NCBI RefSeq assembly: GCF_009914755.1
Contig: NC_060944.1
Length of the DNA: 64,000 nt
Reading direction: 5' to 3' (one strand)
Origin: the human T2T-CHM13v2.0 reference genome, Homo sapiens
The position numbers and the translations under genes were made by a program. The notes beneath the pieces were generated by a model. That model searched no databases, was not told where the DNA came from, and was given only the letters and a program-made list of their open reading frames with translations. The stretch's first letter is position 1, and each line of letters starts with the position of its first letter. This document shows, one piece after another, positions 13,001 through 26,201 of this stretch.

Positions 13001-13984
13001 TTTTTCTACAAAGGAAAATCAAATATAAAAGAAAGTAGAGTAAGAAGAGTTGGGACCAACAATGACTGATGATTAAGCAGCAAGAATAGCGGCAATTAAA
13101 AACTGTAGATAACACTATGGATGCACTGATGACACAGTGTCTTGGCCAAGCCCTGTGGGAATTCATACTGTTTGCCTGTGTGCAGCAGCGGTGCAAGTTT
13201 TGCAGTGTTGTGAAATATTTAGTGGACGCTGACTTTCACAGAATCCTGAATTACTGTTCTCAATAAGCTCCAGTATTGTGCTATTTCAAATGTAGAAATA
13301 CCAAAGTTTACTAATTGTGAGCTCTTAATATAGTAACTTACTAGCAGGTTATATAATGAAATGATATCATATGGCATATCATTTCCCATAATAAAGAAAA
13401 AGCTCTCAGTGTTCTACCAGTTTGGGCCCTTAAGACTCCTGATAGGCAGGTAGATGCTGGACCACACTCTCTTCCTGCACTAAATAGAGGTTGCAGACAC
13501 TGGGTAAAACCCCAAGAACCACAAGCAGATGCCCACTGCTTTCCTGGCAGCCTGACCCTTGCACCAAAAATACTTTAAACAATAAGTTCCCAGTTCTTAA
13601 AAGAGCAAACATACCTTTAAAGGAAAAAGAAAAAATACACAAAAGTCTTACCGACCTTGGGTTTAATATTTACTCTTCTCTTTCTTAGGTCAAAGCTACG
13701 GAGTATAAACTGGGCTCCTGCCAGGTTCTTACCATATTCCTTCAATAGTTGTTTTTCAGGAAGCTCTGTTTTCTGGAAGAGATAAGAAAATAGTACCTGG
13801 GAGGAAATGAGCCATGCTTGTGTTGCTGAGTGATTCTAACATGTTTGGTGGGGGAGAGGCACATAGATGTTAAATCATTCACCCTTTGCAGAGAACATCC
13901 TTTGGGTAGAGTGTTTCTTATCCTCCTCCACCCAGAAGCCTTGTTTCTAGTTTCCTGTGCTTGCAAGCTTGTCTCTCCCAACTA

Positions 13985-14288
13985 GGCTGTAAATGAATTG
14001 AGGGTAAGGATCTTGTCTAATTTACCTCTACATCCCCAGGACAATAAGCAAGGGTGTAAATGCCTAGTTCCCTTGCCCAGGTAAAGAGAAAAGCGCACCT
14101 GAGGCAAGATTCCACTGCAGCGCCCCCTGCAGGCTCCACAGACGTGGTCTGAATTCACCGCCAGCTTCACTTCCTTCCATTCCCTGTCCTACTTCCCCCA
14201 TTCCTTTACTGTCTCTGTGGAGCCTTCCTTAGTAAACCACTTGCACACAATTCTCAAGGTTTGCTTATGAAGATCAACAGCTATGACA
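13985..14288 (+). mobile_element. LTR16A/B-like ERVL LTR
   Basis: gggtgtaaatgcctagttcccttgcc...ttccctgtcctacttccccca...agtaaaccacttgcacac...tgaca. Confidence 0.65.
14116..14135 (-). promoter_or_regulatory. Candidate CTCF binding site
   Basis: Minus strand reads AGCCTGCAGGGGGCGCTGCA, close to the CTCF core CCASYAGRKGGCRS, with the CpG retained. Confidence 0.7.
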
Positions 14289-14909
14289 TCAACCCATAGG
14301 ACAAAAAAACAGAGCAATAGAAAAATTAGTAGGCAATAGAAAAATTAATGACTGCCATGTCATCTTAGAGAAGGATCCTCGATTTCCACTCAAATTAGCT
14401 TGAGTGGAAAGTTTACAGAGGACTCTACATTGCTAGAAGTACTGGACGGGCTTGGGGGAATTCGCAAGTCACCTTTACTTGCTAGGGCCACATGGTGTCT
14501 CTCCTCTGTTTCTCTTAGCACTTGTACTCGTCTTTTTTTGCTGTAGTCCCATATTGCCTATGATGTTTTACTCTAATGTAATGTGTTTGCACATGACTGT
14601 GGCTTCCTAAGGCAAAGAAGCTCTTGCCCTGGCTCTATAGAGAACCAGCTTATCCAGTCCCTTAATTCTGTAGGTCCAAATGCCAGACAAAAACAAAATA
14701 AAATAAAAAAACAGACTCTGATGAGCCCATCCAAGGTCAAGTCCCTGCCCCATCCAAATCAGATTCAACAGTGGAAACAGAGTCATCTGCCATGACACAA
14801 CCACTTCTTTGACGGTACTGTGGGCATGAGTGGACTTTTTCAGGAGGAATTATGCACTCAGGGTAATGACTGACATCTGTAGGGCAATAACAAGCCAACA
14901 CTGCTTGTT

Positions 14910-15320
14910 AGATTCCCAGTCCTCTTGAACATGTTCCATCAACTCCATTCTCATGGGCTTGCTCACTGTCTACCAACATACTGGGCTAAATTTGCCTCCA
15001 GGCTTCCTCTCATTGTCCCTCAAATTATATAGGCGTTGGCTCTTTTCTGAAAACAATATCCTTCATTTCCTACTTTCCCCATGAAGCCTTTCCCAGAATT
15101 CCAATTGTCCCCTAATGCCTAAATCAACATTTTATTTTGTCCATTTACCCACTGGTGCATGGTAGCACCAGGGTTGTCTTCCTTACTTAGAGAATAAGTT
15201 CCTCCAAATCAGGGAGGGACCATGCCTCCTATTTCTTCTGTTTCACTTATATCATTTGGCACGATTCTGAGCACGTAGCCAGCAAAACATAGCTGCTTCT
15301 CCCTAATGTACTGAATGAAG
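14910..15320 (+). mobile_element. L2 3' fragment
   Basis: cccatgaagcctttccc...ttagagaataagttcc...tggcacgattctgagcacgtag...tgaatgaa. Confidence 0.6.
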
Positions 15321-15389
15321 TAGATAAAGCTTTTCTACAGCACCTATTTCAGTGCCTTAATCATAGGCTGGATAAGAAACTTTTTGTAC

Positions 15390-16338
15390 TACTGCCCCTT
15401 GGGCCTCACCACTACAGCATGAGCTTATTCCACTTCCAACTGCCAGGATCTGTATCTCTTTGCCAGAGGGCTTTTTCCCAAGCAGCAGGAAGCCTTTCTG
15501 GCCTTGGGCATAGTAGACTGGATAGTCTGGAATATTAATTGCTGGCAGCACTCAATTCAGGAGCTGGTGGAAGTAACCCAGCTCCCTCACCCCTCCATGG
15601 GTGTCAAGACTTGGTTCCTTCCAGTGGGTTCATGGTCTCGCTGACTTCAAGAATGGAGCTGCGGACCTTCGCAGTGAGTGTTACAGCTCTTAAAGATGAC
15701 ACGGACCCAAAGAGTGAGCAGTAGCAAGGTTTATTGTGAAGAGCGAAAGGACAAAGCTTCCACACAGCGTGGAAGGGGACCCAAGCAGGTTGCCACTGCT
15801 GGGTGGGGTGGCCAGCTTTTATTCCCTTATTTGCCCCTCCTGTGTTCCATTTCTGTCCTATCAGAGTGCCCTTTCTTCAATCCTCCCCATGATTGGCTAC
15901 TTTTAGAATCCTGCTGATTGGTGCATTTTTACAGAGTGCAGATTGGTGCATTTTATAATCCCTTTGCTAGCTACAGAGCACTGACTGGTGCATTTTACAA
16001 TCCTAGCTACAGAGTGCTGATTGGTGCATTTTACAATCCTCTTGTAAGACAGAAAAGTTCTCCAAGTTCCCACTTGACCCGGGAAGTCCAGCTGGCTTCA
16101 CTTCTCAGTAGGTTAACTCTGAGTGTTCTACACTGTTTCCCAGAGTTCCCCAGTGGGCTTGAGCCCCAGCTGCCCACAGTGGTGACTTACTTGATAATGG
16201 CCTCCTGTGTCTGCCTTTCCTTCCTGTCTCACTTCTACACTTCCCTGTTAGTGTTTCCTGGGATCACCTCCCAAGTAAACCACTTACACTTGAATTCTTG
16301 TCTCCGAGTCTGCTTTTAAGGAAACCTAAACTAAGACA
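15390..16338 (+). mobile_element. LTR16C-like LTR interrupted by LTR12
   Basis: cccagctccctcacccct [insert] taactctgagtgttctacactg...ttcctgggatcacctcccaagtaaaccact...aaactaagaca. Confidence 0.8.
15602..16107 (-). mobile_element. Short LTR12-family (ERV9; LTR12F-like) solo LTR
   Basis: ggtctcgctgacttcaagaatg...gtgagtgttacagctcttaaag; tandem gattggtgcattttac units; TG...CA termini. Confidence 0.9.
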
Positions 16339-17718
16339 ATGTTCAATAAATGCCAATGGAAAGGTTGAAAAGGTAATTTTCACCTTCCCCCTCACAGGTA
16401 GAGAAGCTAGGCCATTGACAGGGTTGGATTTCTCAAGACTGGCAGGATAGAGGACTCCACTCCTATGGAAGCACCTTTCAAGAAGAGACGGTATGGGAAT
16501 CAGTTTAAAACACAAAGCACTGCATCCTTGGGGGCATCTGTTAAGTTCATTGCACCCAACCAGACCTCCTAGAGAGGGCAGGTGCTGACAACATAACTGC
16601 CAACAATTTACTGGTCCAATTTGTGATAGGCAATATATAACTCGGCAGCCCAGAAGCCACATCCCCATTTGTCTTGGTTTTCATTAATTCAAAAAAGAGG
16701 AAGAAACCAATAATGATAATAATAATAACAATAACAACAACTATTAGACTTTCTGCTAACCTGGGTGAGCAGCATTTGACTTGAGCTATGAAATCAGAAA
16801 AATGTCCCTTTCTTGCATCTTAATTTTGCAACAAATTCAACCTGTTAATATAGTCCTTCAGGAATTAAACAGACAAAACCATACAAATGCTTGGAGGATG
16901 ATGGGAAAAACCAGTTACTTCTGACTAACTGGAAGGGCAGCTTGATCATTTCTGATGGTTGATTGCATAATTTCAGTCCTTGAACATTTAGTGTGCCATC
17001 CCCTTGGTTGCTGGAGGAATGCAATTGCTCTATGAAATGTGAAGAGACTTGACAAGAACTATTTTCATGGTTATGTGCCAAGTTCTTGCTTTAACTTGCT
17101 TGCTTAATCAAATGTCTACTCATGATATCTTTGGGAGTTTCTAAGTTTCATTAGCTCTTTCCTTAAAGAGAAATTAATCTACTTGGCAAGGAAGGTTTAT
17201 TCATCATAGGTGAGCAAACATTAGCACCTTCTAATAATTAGTTCCAAGATCCAGTTTCTAGATACCTACCAAGTTCAGCCCTGGTTCACAAGAAATTGAC
17301 CTATTTTCAGTGGAAGCACTGTAACCAGTGCAATAAACTCTATCTCATAGAACAGTGTTAATCTGTCATCACAGCCAAAATGATTTGTTATAGCAAAGCA
17401 ACAATCAGAGTAAATGATGCCTGTCCCTTCATTAAGGAAATCTAGAAGAATGCTCTGTCATGAGTTTAATCTGAGATTTGCCTGGCTATCCTGATGAAAA
17501 CCATCTAATGAATATGTAAATTTATCATTGTCTTCTATTGTAAAAATGCACAGCAAATTTTCTGCTTGGCTATGCATAATCAGAAGAGAAATCCTCACTG
17601 CTGTGAATTTGAACTTGAATAAAAATTGTCTTCTCAGGAAAAGAGCATGCTAGATGGAGGAGGGGTTAACAAGAGCCTTCAGTTTACAGATGTAGGATGT
17701 CTTCCTGCTGTTAATTAT

Positions 17719-17802
17719 TGTGGTAGGCAGTGTAATGGCCTTCTCCCCAAAGACATCCACATTCTAATCCTTGGAAACTGAATATGTTATCTCACACAGC
17801 AT
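17719..17802 (+). mobile_element. MLT1D-like LTR 5' fragment
   Basis: tgtggtaggcag...cccaaagacatccacattctaatccttggaaac...aatatgttat. Confidence 0.6.
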
Positions 17803-18452
17803 GGGGCCCACTGGCACTGGACCCCTCCAGTTGGCAGGTCCATTGAGGCTTGGGTACATGGGTAGACATTCACCCTCATTTACCATTCTGCTGAAACTGT
17901 ATCTCTAGGTTTCTGAATGGGAAGAAGGAGCCTACTGGAAGGAAGAGTCATGGCTCCTGGAAAGTGGGGGAAATGAAGCAAAATGGAGTTCTTTCCAGAG
18001 TTGCCAGATTATTTCAATAAAAATATCAGACATGTGTGAGTAAAAAACATGGACAAAATAGCAACAAAAATGCAATATAGAAAGATTTCTGGAAACAATC
18101 CATAACGTCTTATATTTTGCACTGAATACAATGACATTTTTTCATTTCTTTATTTTTCAGAAACTCAGGTTTTGTACACTTGAACTAGAAAAGCATCACA
18201 TAGGTCAAGACAAGAAAAAAAAATTTTCAAACATCAGTTAATGACATGAAAAATAATAAAAACTATTTAGTTAGATTGTTTAGACTTTTATAAGGAAGAC
18301 TAATATAAATTTACTGACACATTTCTTCAATGTGTTTCCAGAATAAAAGCTCAAACTCTCAATGCTTTCAGAATAAAAGACCACACATGATCTTCGGTGT
18401 GGTAAACACCCTCCAGAGTACTTCAAATCATGGGTTAGACAGAAACTACAGA

Positions 18453-19235
<783 letters not shown>

Positions 19236-19559
19236 CTAGCTCATACACAATGATTATAAGAATGTGTGAGATTTGTTTCACTTTCATAAATTTTTTGTGC
19301 TAATTTTCTATGTGACCCATTTTTTTCTCCATGTTTAATCTGAAGCCTTTAAATGAGAGGCCCTTGTGTTCTTGTCAGTGGTGTCAATAAGGAAGTGAAG
19401 AAGGTAAGAAGGAAAGGGGAGAAGTTTCTATGAAAGAATGGAGGATGTTGGCAGAAGCTTCAGAGAAAGGAAATCAGCCTAACTCTCCAAGATCTGTTGG
19501 GCAGAAAGAACAGAGGTTCCCAGGGCAGTAGGATGGGCCTGGAAATTGTTCTAGCACAC

Positions 19560-20095
19560 TTTCAGACTGGGCTCTTGTTTACAAATGACAGAAACTTGAT
19601 TCAAACTGGCTTTGACAATGAAAGTACTCTATCAATTCAAATAAATAAAACATCTACATGTTCTGTAGTGAGAAGCTCAGGCATGGCTAAATCCAGAGGA
19701 TCAAATAATGTCATCACAAATTTATTTTTCTTAATCTCTCAGCATCAATGTCCCTGTGTTGCTTTAAATCCAATCAGGGTTTCACCATAGTAAAAAGATG
19801 GCCACCAGCTACCCCAACCTATGTCCTATTCTTAACAACTCTACCAAAAAGAGTACTTCTTTCTGAGAAGCCCCAGCCAATGTCCTGGGCTGATACTCCC
19901 TGGTCTGGGCATAGATCTTATGCTCATTCCTCAACTAATTCCCAGGCCTGGTGAATTTCCCAGCTTTGGAGATGGAGGGTTGGATCTGACCACTCAACCC
20001 CCATGAATTAGAAAAGGGAGAGTGATTTGTTCTTCCAAGGGAAAATCAGGCTGCTATAGCTAGGAGAAGAGGGAATGGATGCTGGGCAGGAAAAA
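19560..20095 (-). mobile_element. MLT1K/L-like MaLR LTR
   Basis: acaaatgacagaaac...tcaaactggct...aaagatggccaccagc...gggaatggatgctgggcag. Confidence 0.65.
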
Positions 20096-20264
20096 TTTCT
20101 TGTGTGTTAAATCAAGACTTTTGACAATGAGGAGGCTAGTCAGTTCCCCCAAAATAATTTATTCAGACTTTAGGTGTTTCATGAAGAAAATTGTATCATC
20201 TGCCAAGCACCTAATCTCCTTTCCCCATTAGTCAGTCACATGGGAATTCATACCTTTTTAAAGC

Positions 20265-20520
20265 TACCTAACCTTGAAAAAGTTGTTTAATCTCACCATG
20301 ATTCAGATTTTCCATCTATAAAATGGAAATGATAATAGGGCCTACCTCATACATTTATAATAAAGATTACATTTAATCTTATATAATAAGATAATATAAT
20401 AAAGATTATATTTAATCTTTTATAAATGTATGAGGTAGGTCCTATTATCATTCCTATTTTATTTGTTCTTATTTGTGAAGTGCTTGCAATAAAGTCTGGC
20501 AGATGACAAGGGTTAAAAAA
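20265..20520 (+). mobile_element. MIR containing an internal inverted duplication
   Basis: accttgaaaaagttgtttaatctc...catctataaaatggaaatgataatag...cctacctcat; 3' part gtgaagtgcttgcaataaagtctggca. Confidence 0.75.
20320..20460. repeat. Long inverted repeat (~60-bp arms, ~20-bp AT spacer)
   Basis: 20320-20380 is the near-perfect reverse complement of 20401-20460. Confidence 0.9.
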
Positions 20521-21369
20521 AACCCCACTAAATAAATACACAAAAGTGTGATATTATACATTTTTCTCAGAAAAGAAGATTCATTGACTTCTCAAATGAA
20601 TTCATCTAGGCTTCTTCCCATCAAGGTGGCCTCCAGAGAGATGAGAAACTACTGGAAATGTTTACTAAATAAATGAGTCTCATTTTCAAAGGAAAGGTCA
20701 TAGACACTTTTTAAGACACACAGATGTCCTTTAATGCAGCTCATCTGTATTGTAATTTCTGTGAGCTTGCATTAGAATGTAATTAAATTAACACCAATGC
20801 AGTCCTCCTGTCAAGGAAGCTCTGCCTAATGTAATGGCGTCAAGGAACAATCTGAGCATTACACATATCATGAGGAATTGTTTCCATCCCCATTCTATTC
20901 TTATTGTCACAATATTTGGTTTAATTAAGTTATATAGGATAGTAATTATAGCAAATGTAGTTTGGCTGGGAAAATACTCCTTGTGATATGAAGGTCGCAT
21001 CTCCAGACACCACTGCTGGGGAAGGCAGAATTCAGTCCCTACTTAGGACATAAAAACTCTCAGACACATAAGAAGACTGAGAATAGGAATTGCCTGCTCC
21101 TGAAAATGCCAAATTGATATATGGTGAGAAGCCGAGTCTTAGAGTCCCTTTATTGTTGGATACATTCAATAAATAAAAGGAAAGAGCCACCTATAAAAGG
21201 TAATTCAAGGGACCATATGCTCTACCTTTCCAAAAAGATAAGTCTAAAATTACAGCCCTAGGGTCAGTTCTCTGATTTGGCATTGCCTCAAGTAGGCCCT
21301 TGCCTGTTACAGGGACATTTGCTACCTGGAGGGAAACACATTAACATTCTAGCACCACCACCACTGTCA

Positions 21370-21766
21370 TGTAGGTAATGTACTAGATTACTCAGCCGGG
21401 TGTGGGAATGTTCCCATTCCTCACTCTTCCCCATACCCATGTCCTTGCCCAAGAACTCTCCAGTTCCTTCCTCTAGAAAGTGTGCTTTGTCCCATGTGGC
21501 TTGCTTTGGCCAGTGACGTATGGGAAAGAGTGAGGATGTACTGTTCTGACCCTACACCCAAAGAAGTGCTATCCCTTTCTGCTCACTCCTCTTGGTTTCT
21601 GCCACACCATTCTTCTATTCTAGAAGAATGTGAGACATATGGAACAGAGGCACCCTGGCCAATCAGCAACTCTGTGAGTGTGATCATCAATGCTTATCAT
21701 TAAACGCCACTGAGATTTGGGGTGGTTTGTTGCGCAGTATGGCTGAGGTAACAGTTGACTAATACA
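21370..21766 (+). mobile_element. MLT1H/J-like MaLR LTR
   Basis: ccatgtggcttgctttggccagtg...gccactgagatttggggtggtttgtt...gttgactaataca. Confidence 0.7.
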
Positions 21767-21849
21767 CTGGTTATTCAGCTAAGACAGAGAGACGCTCTGA
21801 GTGTCTTAACCATAGCAAGTAAAGTTTCCTGTAAGACAAGGCAGAATTT

Positions 21850-22368
21850 GTAGCCTTCATTGTAGCCATTCCCTGGCCCTTTTTCCTTGCTTTGTATAAT
21901 TATAGAATCTAAGGAGTGAAATACTCAAGTTCCAGAATTTTTTACAGCTAGGGTGGCCATATGATGCATTTGTAGCCAGTGATACATGTTTTTTTTTTTT
22001 TTTTTTTTTTTTTGCAGGGGACTCCTGGAAATACTTTTGCCGTCATGAAAAAAGCAGACTTTTGTTACTGCTCTTCTCCCTTCTTCCTGCCTTGAAGGCA
22101 GTCATGATTCCTGAAACTAATGCAGCCAAGGTGCAGCCAGGAGGGGAGCAGTGTGAGGTTGAAAAATCAACAGCTTAAGGAGGGCAGAGTAGGAAGATGG
22201 AAAAGGCATGAGTCTTTGATGATGTTGCTGAGTTAGCTAAACCCCAGTAACAAATGCCTCAGTCTTCTTTTTCTTAGAGCTAAAATTAGTGTCCATTTTG
22301 TTTAAGCCCCTATTAGATGGGTGATATCTAATGTGATATCTAAAATTAAATGAATTTCTAACTGATAT
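21850..22368 (+). mobile_element. MLT1K/L-like MaLR LTR with internal poly(T)
   Basis: gctagggtggccatatga...cttcttcctgccttgaag...ggcagagtaggaagatggaa...gtttaagcc...ctaactgata. Confidence 0.7.
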
Positions 22369-22629
22369 GCCTAATTTACAGTTTGGCTTGGAACTGGCTT
22401 AGTCTGTTTGCATCAGAAAGATGGCATAGTTTCCCCCATTGGGTATTAGAGAAACTAAAATAGAAAGAAACTGAAAGTTTTATGGCCTACTGAGGTCAGA
22501 AGGAGGGGAGAGCAGGGAAGCAGCAGTCTCAACCTTTAACAGCAAATCGAAGTCCCCTAGGAATTGAGATGGGGAAGACTTGGAACACCTCTCTTCTCTG
22601 TGTCTTGTCCTGTTTACCTATTAAAACCC

Positions 22630-22900
22630 AACCCATCCATTCCTAGCCTCTTCCATGAAGCTTTCTCAAAATCCAGCCAGAGTGAACCACAGCTTTCTCT
22701 GAATATCTAGAGTTGTTTATTGGTTTTGATCTATGTGTGCCCCTCAATTGACACATCACACTTGTCCCTGCATGAGTCCAGCTGTGTAATGTGTCTTATC
22801 TTCCCTACAAAGATAACATCTTAATCTCTGCAGAATCTCCTGCAGAACCTAGTAAATACGCAGCATACATCAAGTCTTTAGTAACCAGTAATAACAATTA
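22630..22900 (+). mobile_element. L2 3' fragment
   Basis: cctcttccatgaagctttctc...gtcttatcttccctacaaagat. Confidence 0.45.
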
Positions 22901-23334
22901 ATTACATAAAATGAATATAAACTTGCTTTATAACAAGCCTATCATCACACCTCTGCTTATGGGTGTATCTGGAAACTTAATTAGGAGTTGGTAGCAAAAA
23001 CAGTCAGCTATTTCTCTTCTATTGCAGAGGAAATAGATTAGGAGAGAAATGAGAGAGGACAACAGAGAGGAGAAACAAAGAACAGTTCAAAGTCACCTCC
23101 AAAGAGACCAGAGTCTCTGTATAATTTATTCCCTCTTGGGAGCATTCCTATCAGTAGTTCTGATGAAAAGAGAGTTAGCAATCTGGCACCGTTTTGCATA
23201 TTTACACTGTTCCTTAAAATATATGTTGAATCATTTAGACTTTTTAGCTTCCACTTTAGTAAAAAAAAAAAAAAAAAAAAAAGAGGGAAAGTCTAAGCTG
23301 GAGAGTGCTAGAACTCATAATTAAGAAGGAGGGG

Positions 23335-23768
23335 AGTCTTACACTGGTCCCCCAGAAGCAGACACTGAAACAAGGGTTTGAGTCCAGATGGTTTATTTGT
23401 GAGGTGACCCCAGGAACCATTGTAGGAAAATGTGGAAATGAGACAGTGAAGGAAAGGAAGCTAACACAGGTGCATTAATGAGTGGGTAATTGGAAATCAG
23501 TCCCCACGGAAAGCTCTATGTAGAACACAGCTCCAAATTGTTCCCCATGTGTGATGAGGAGCTGGGATATTTATCTACTAACTCCCATTTGCACTTGGGC
23601 CCATTGGGCACTCCTAGACTGCCCCACGCATAACTGATCATGCTCCTGCAGCCAAAGAAAGTCCTTAAGCAGAGAATCCAAGGTGCTTGCAGTAAGAAAC
23701 CATTGGCATGTGCAGGAATACTGAGTATTGATGATATGTAAATAGGGCATCAATCGTGTCTGCTATAT
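23335..23768 (-). mobile_element. LTR16C-like ERVL LTR
   Basis: cccagaagcagacactgaaacaagggtttgagt...ggtttatttgtgaggtgaccccagg...gctgggatatttatc. Confidence 0.8.
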
Positions 23769-24363
23769 GGGGAAAAGTAAAGGGTAGCAGAGTAGGGGCT
23801 GGGGGATGAGAAAGCAAGGAATGAGGAGCACTCACTTGGGGAGGACTGCCAACTGTGTAGCCAGGTCTCAATGAACAAAAGTAGGCATTCTGTTGAAACT
23901 GCTGGGGAAGTCTATAATATAATACCTCTACCATTTATCTTAATTGTCTTTAGATATAGAATGCCTTCAAAATCATAAGGGCCAAAACTTATATTTATCA
24001 ACCTTCCTGTCCCGTATTGAGGGAATAATAGAGTACATCCATATAGCAGAATATTCTGAATCTGTTTAAAATTATGATGCATAGTTTCAATAAAAAGAAA
24101 AGGCATTTATAATTTAAAGTTAAGTGGTTTTTTTAAAAGGCAAGATCTAAAATTGTATATCTGGTAGGATTTCCACACTGTAAAAAACATGTACTGAACC
24201 AATATTGGAAGAAAATGTTAACTTTTTAAAAGTTTTTGAGTGGTGGGATTGTAGTTACTTTCCTCTGCTTCCTTATAATTTTCTAAAGTTTACCTGCTTT
24301 CCACAAGGACATGTATTACTTATAACTATAAAGATTTTTTATGAAATCTCTAAATATAAATAA

Positions 24364-24366
<3 letters not shown>

Positions 24367-24405
<39 letters not shown>
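24367..24405. repeat. (TA)n microsatellite
   Basis: About 18 TA units. Confidence 0.95.
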
Positions 24406-24407
<2 letters not shown>

Positions 24408-24574
24408 CCACTCATTGCCACCAATGGTCCTGCAATAACTTGGCCCATCTGAGCCTTTGTTGTTAGATTCTGTTTAGGACTGTGCTCAAGGGCACTGGCT
24501 CCCAGGAGATTAACATCTTCAGCTTTGCTCTCATTTCCCAAGAAGTCGGTGTCACATTTCAGTTCAGCCAACGA

Positions 24575-25200
24575 ACAGGTATTCACTAATTTAATAAATA
24601 TTGATAGATTACCCAGTGTATGCCAGGCACTAAATAAAACCAAATATAGTTTCCAGCCCTCATGGAGGGAACTGAGTAATAAAAGCAAACGAATAAAACT
24701 GTCCATCTTTGAGTAGTCCTATGCAGGAGAGATGCCTGGTTGTATTAGAATCTGCAGTAGGAGATTTGGATCTAATGGGTTGGGCTGCCCTCAGGAAGTG
24801 AGGGTCAACTTAAGATCCCAAGGATGCATGGAAGTTAACCAGGCAAATGTTAATTGGGCTTCTAATGTGTGCAAGGGGTCACCATGCTGGAGTCTTGGGA
24901 CACAAACTTCTGTCCTCAAGGATCTAGCCATCTGATTGCCAAGCCACAATCAGGATTCCTAAAATAAAAGAAAAATCCCCACCGGTATTAGATTAAGGCC
25001 CCGGATGTCTATAAGAAGTTCAAAGGAGGAGCAATCAATAAGGGCTAAAGTAGTCCAGAAAGACTCCAGAGAAAAAGTAGCTTAGGTGCACTTTTTTGTC
25101 AGCCAGAAGGACAGGCTTGCCTAGCAAGGGGAACTGCATGAGCAAAAGTCCAGAAGGGTCAATGCCAATAATCTTTATATAAGAGAGTAAGATGAGAGGT
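24575..25200 (-). mobile_element. L2 fragments
   Basis: attcactaatttaataaatatttg...tatgccaggcact...gccctcatggagg; ggggaactgcatgagcaaaag. Confidence 0.55.
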
Positions 25201-25212
25201 TGCAACTGAAAC

Positions 25213-25762
25213 TGTTACTGGAAAGGCATCCCGATCCTGACCCCAAGAGAGGGTTCTTGCATCTCACACAAGAAAAACTTCTAGGCCAATCCATAAAGTG
25301 AAAGCAAGTTTACTTAAAAAGTAAGGGAATAAAGAATGGCTACTCCATAGGCAGAGCAGCCCTGAGGGCTGCTGGTTGCCCATTTTTATGGTTTTTTCTT
25401 GATTATATGCTAAACAAAGGGTGGATTAATAATGAGCTTTCCAGGAAAGGACTGGGCAATTCCTGTAACTAACGGTTCCTCAGGCTTTTAGACCATATAG
25501 GGTAAATTCCTGACGTTGCCATGCACCTGTACATTGTCATGGTGCTGGTGGGAGTGTCTCTTAGCATGCTAAAGCATTATAATTGACCTATAATGAGCAA
25601 TGAGGATGACCAGAGGTCACTCTCATTGCTCTCTTGGTTTTGGTGGGTTTTGGCCATCTTCTTTACTGTAATCTGTTTTATCAGCAAGGTCTTTATGGCC
25701 TATATCTTGTACTGACCTCCCATCTCATGCTGTGACTTAGAATGCCTAACCATCTGGGAATG
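25213..25762 (-). mobile_element. ERV1 LTR (LTR9-like), 5'-truncated
   Basis: tgttactggaaagg...gaccccaagagagggttcttg...gaataaagaatggctactccataggcagagcagc...gacttagaatgcctaacc. Confidence 0.75.
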
Positions 25763-26029
25763 AGGACAAGAGGACAGCTTCAACTTTTCATGACTTCATC
25801 TCCAACCCAACCAATCAGCACTTTCCACTTCCTGCACCCCCTACCCATCAATTTATCCTTAAAATCCCCAGTCTCCAAATTTTTGGTAAGATTGACTTGA
25901 GTAGTAATAAAACTCTGGCCTCGCATTCTGCCGGCTCTGCGAGAATTAAACTCTTTATGGCAATTTCTCTGTCTTGATAAATCGATTCTATCTGGACAGC
26001 TGGCAAAATGAACCTGTTGAGCAGTTACA
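25763..26029 (+). mobile_element. ERV1 LTR (LTR8A-like), 3' half
   Basis: gaggacagcttc...caaccaatcagcac...aataaaactc...gtcttgataaatcg...gcagttaca. Confidence 0.8.
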
Positions 26030-26201
26030 AGAGTAAAGGATGAGTACTGAGTGGAAAGGATGGCCTGTCCTTGGGAGTCGGGTAAGGACACTTGAACTCA
26101 TGATAGAAGCTAGGGAGCAAAGAGTGATCAGACAAAAGTTGTATCTATAAGAGGATGGGTGTGGATTACTGAGGCCAGTCCCTATGACCTCTCTCTTTCC
26201 A

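Noticed and set aside
12404-14346. Tiny tandem duplications (agcaatttgatc x2 at ~12404; gcaatagaaaa x2 at ~14314-14344)
   Set aside because: Ordinary slippage events.
17997-18100. Possible MER53-like element
   Set aside because: Only a short terminal resemblance; too weak to call.
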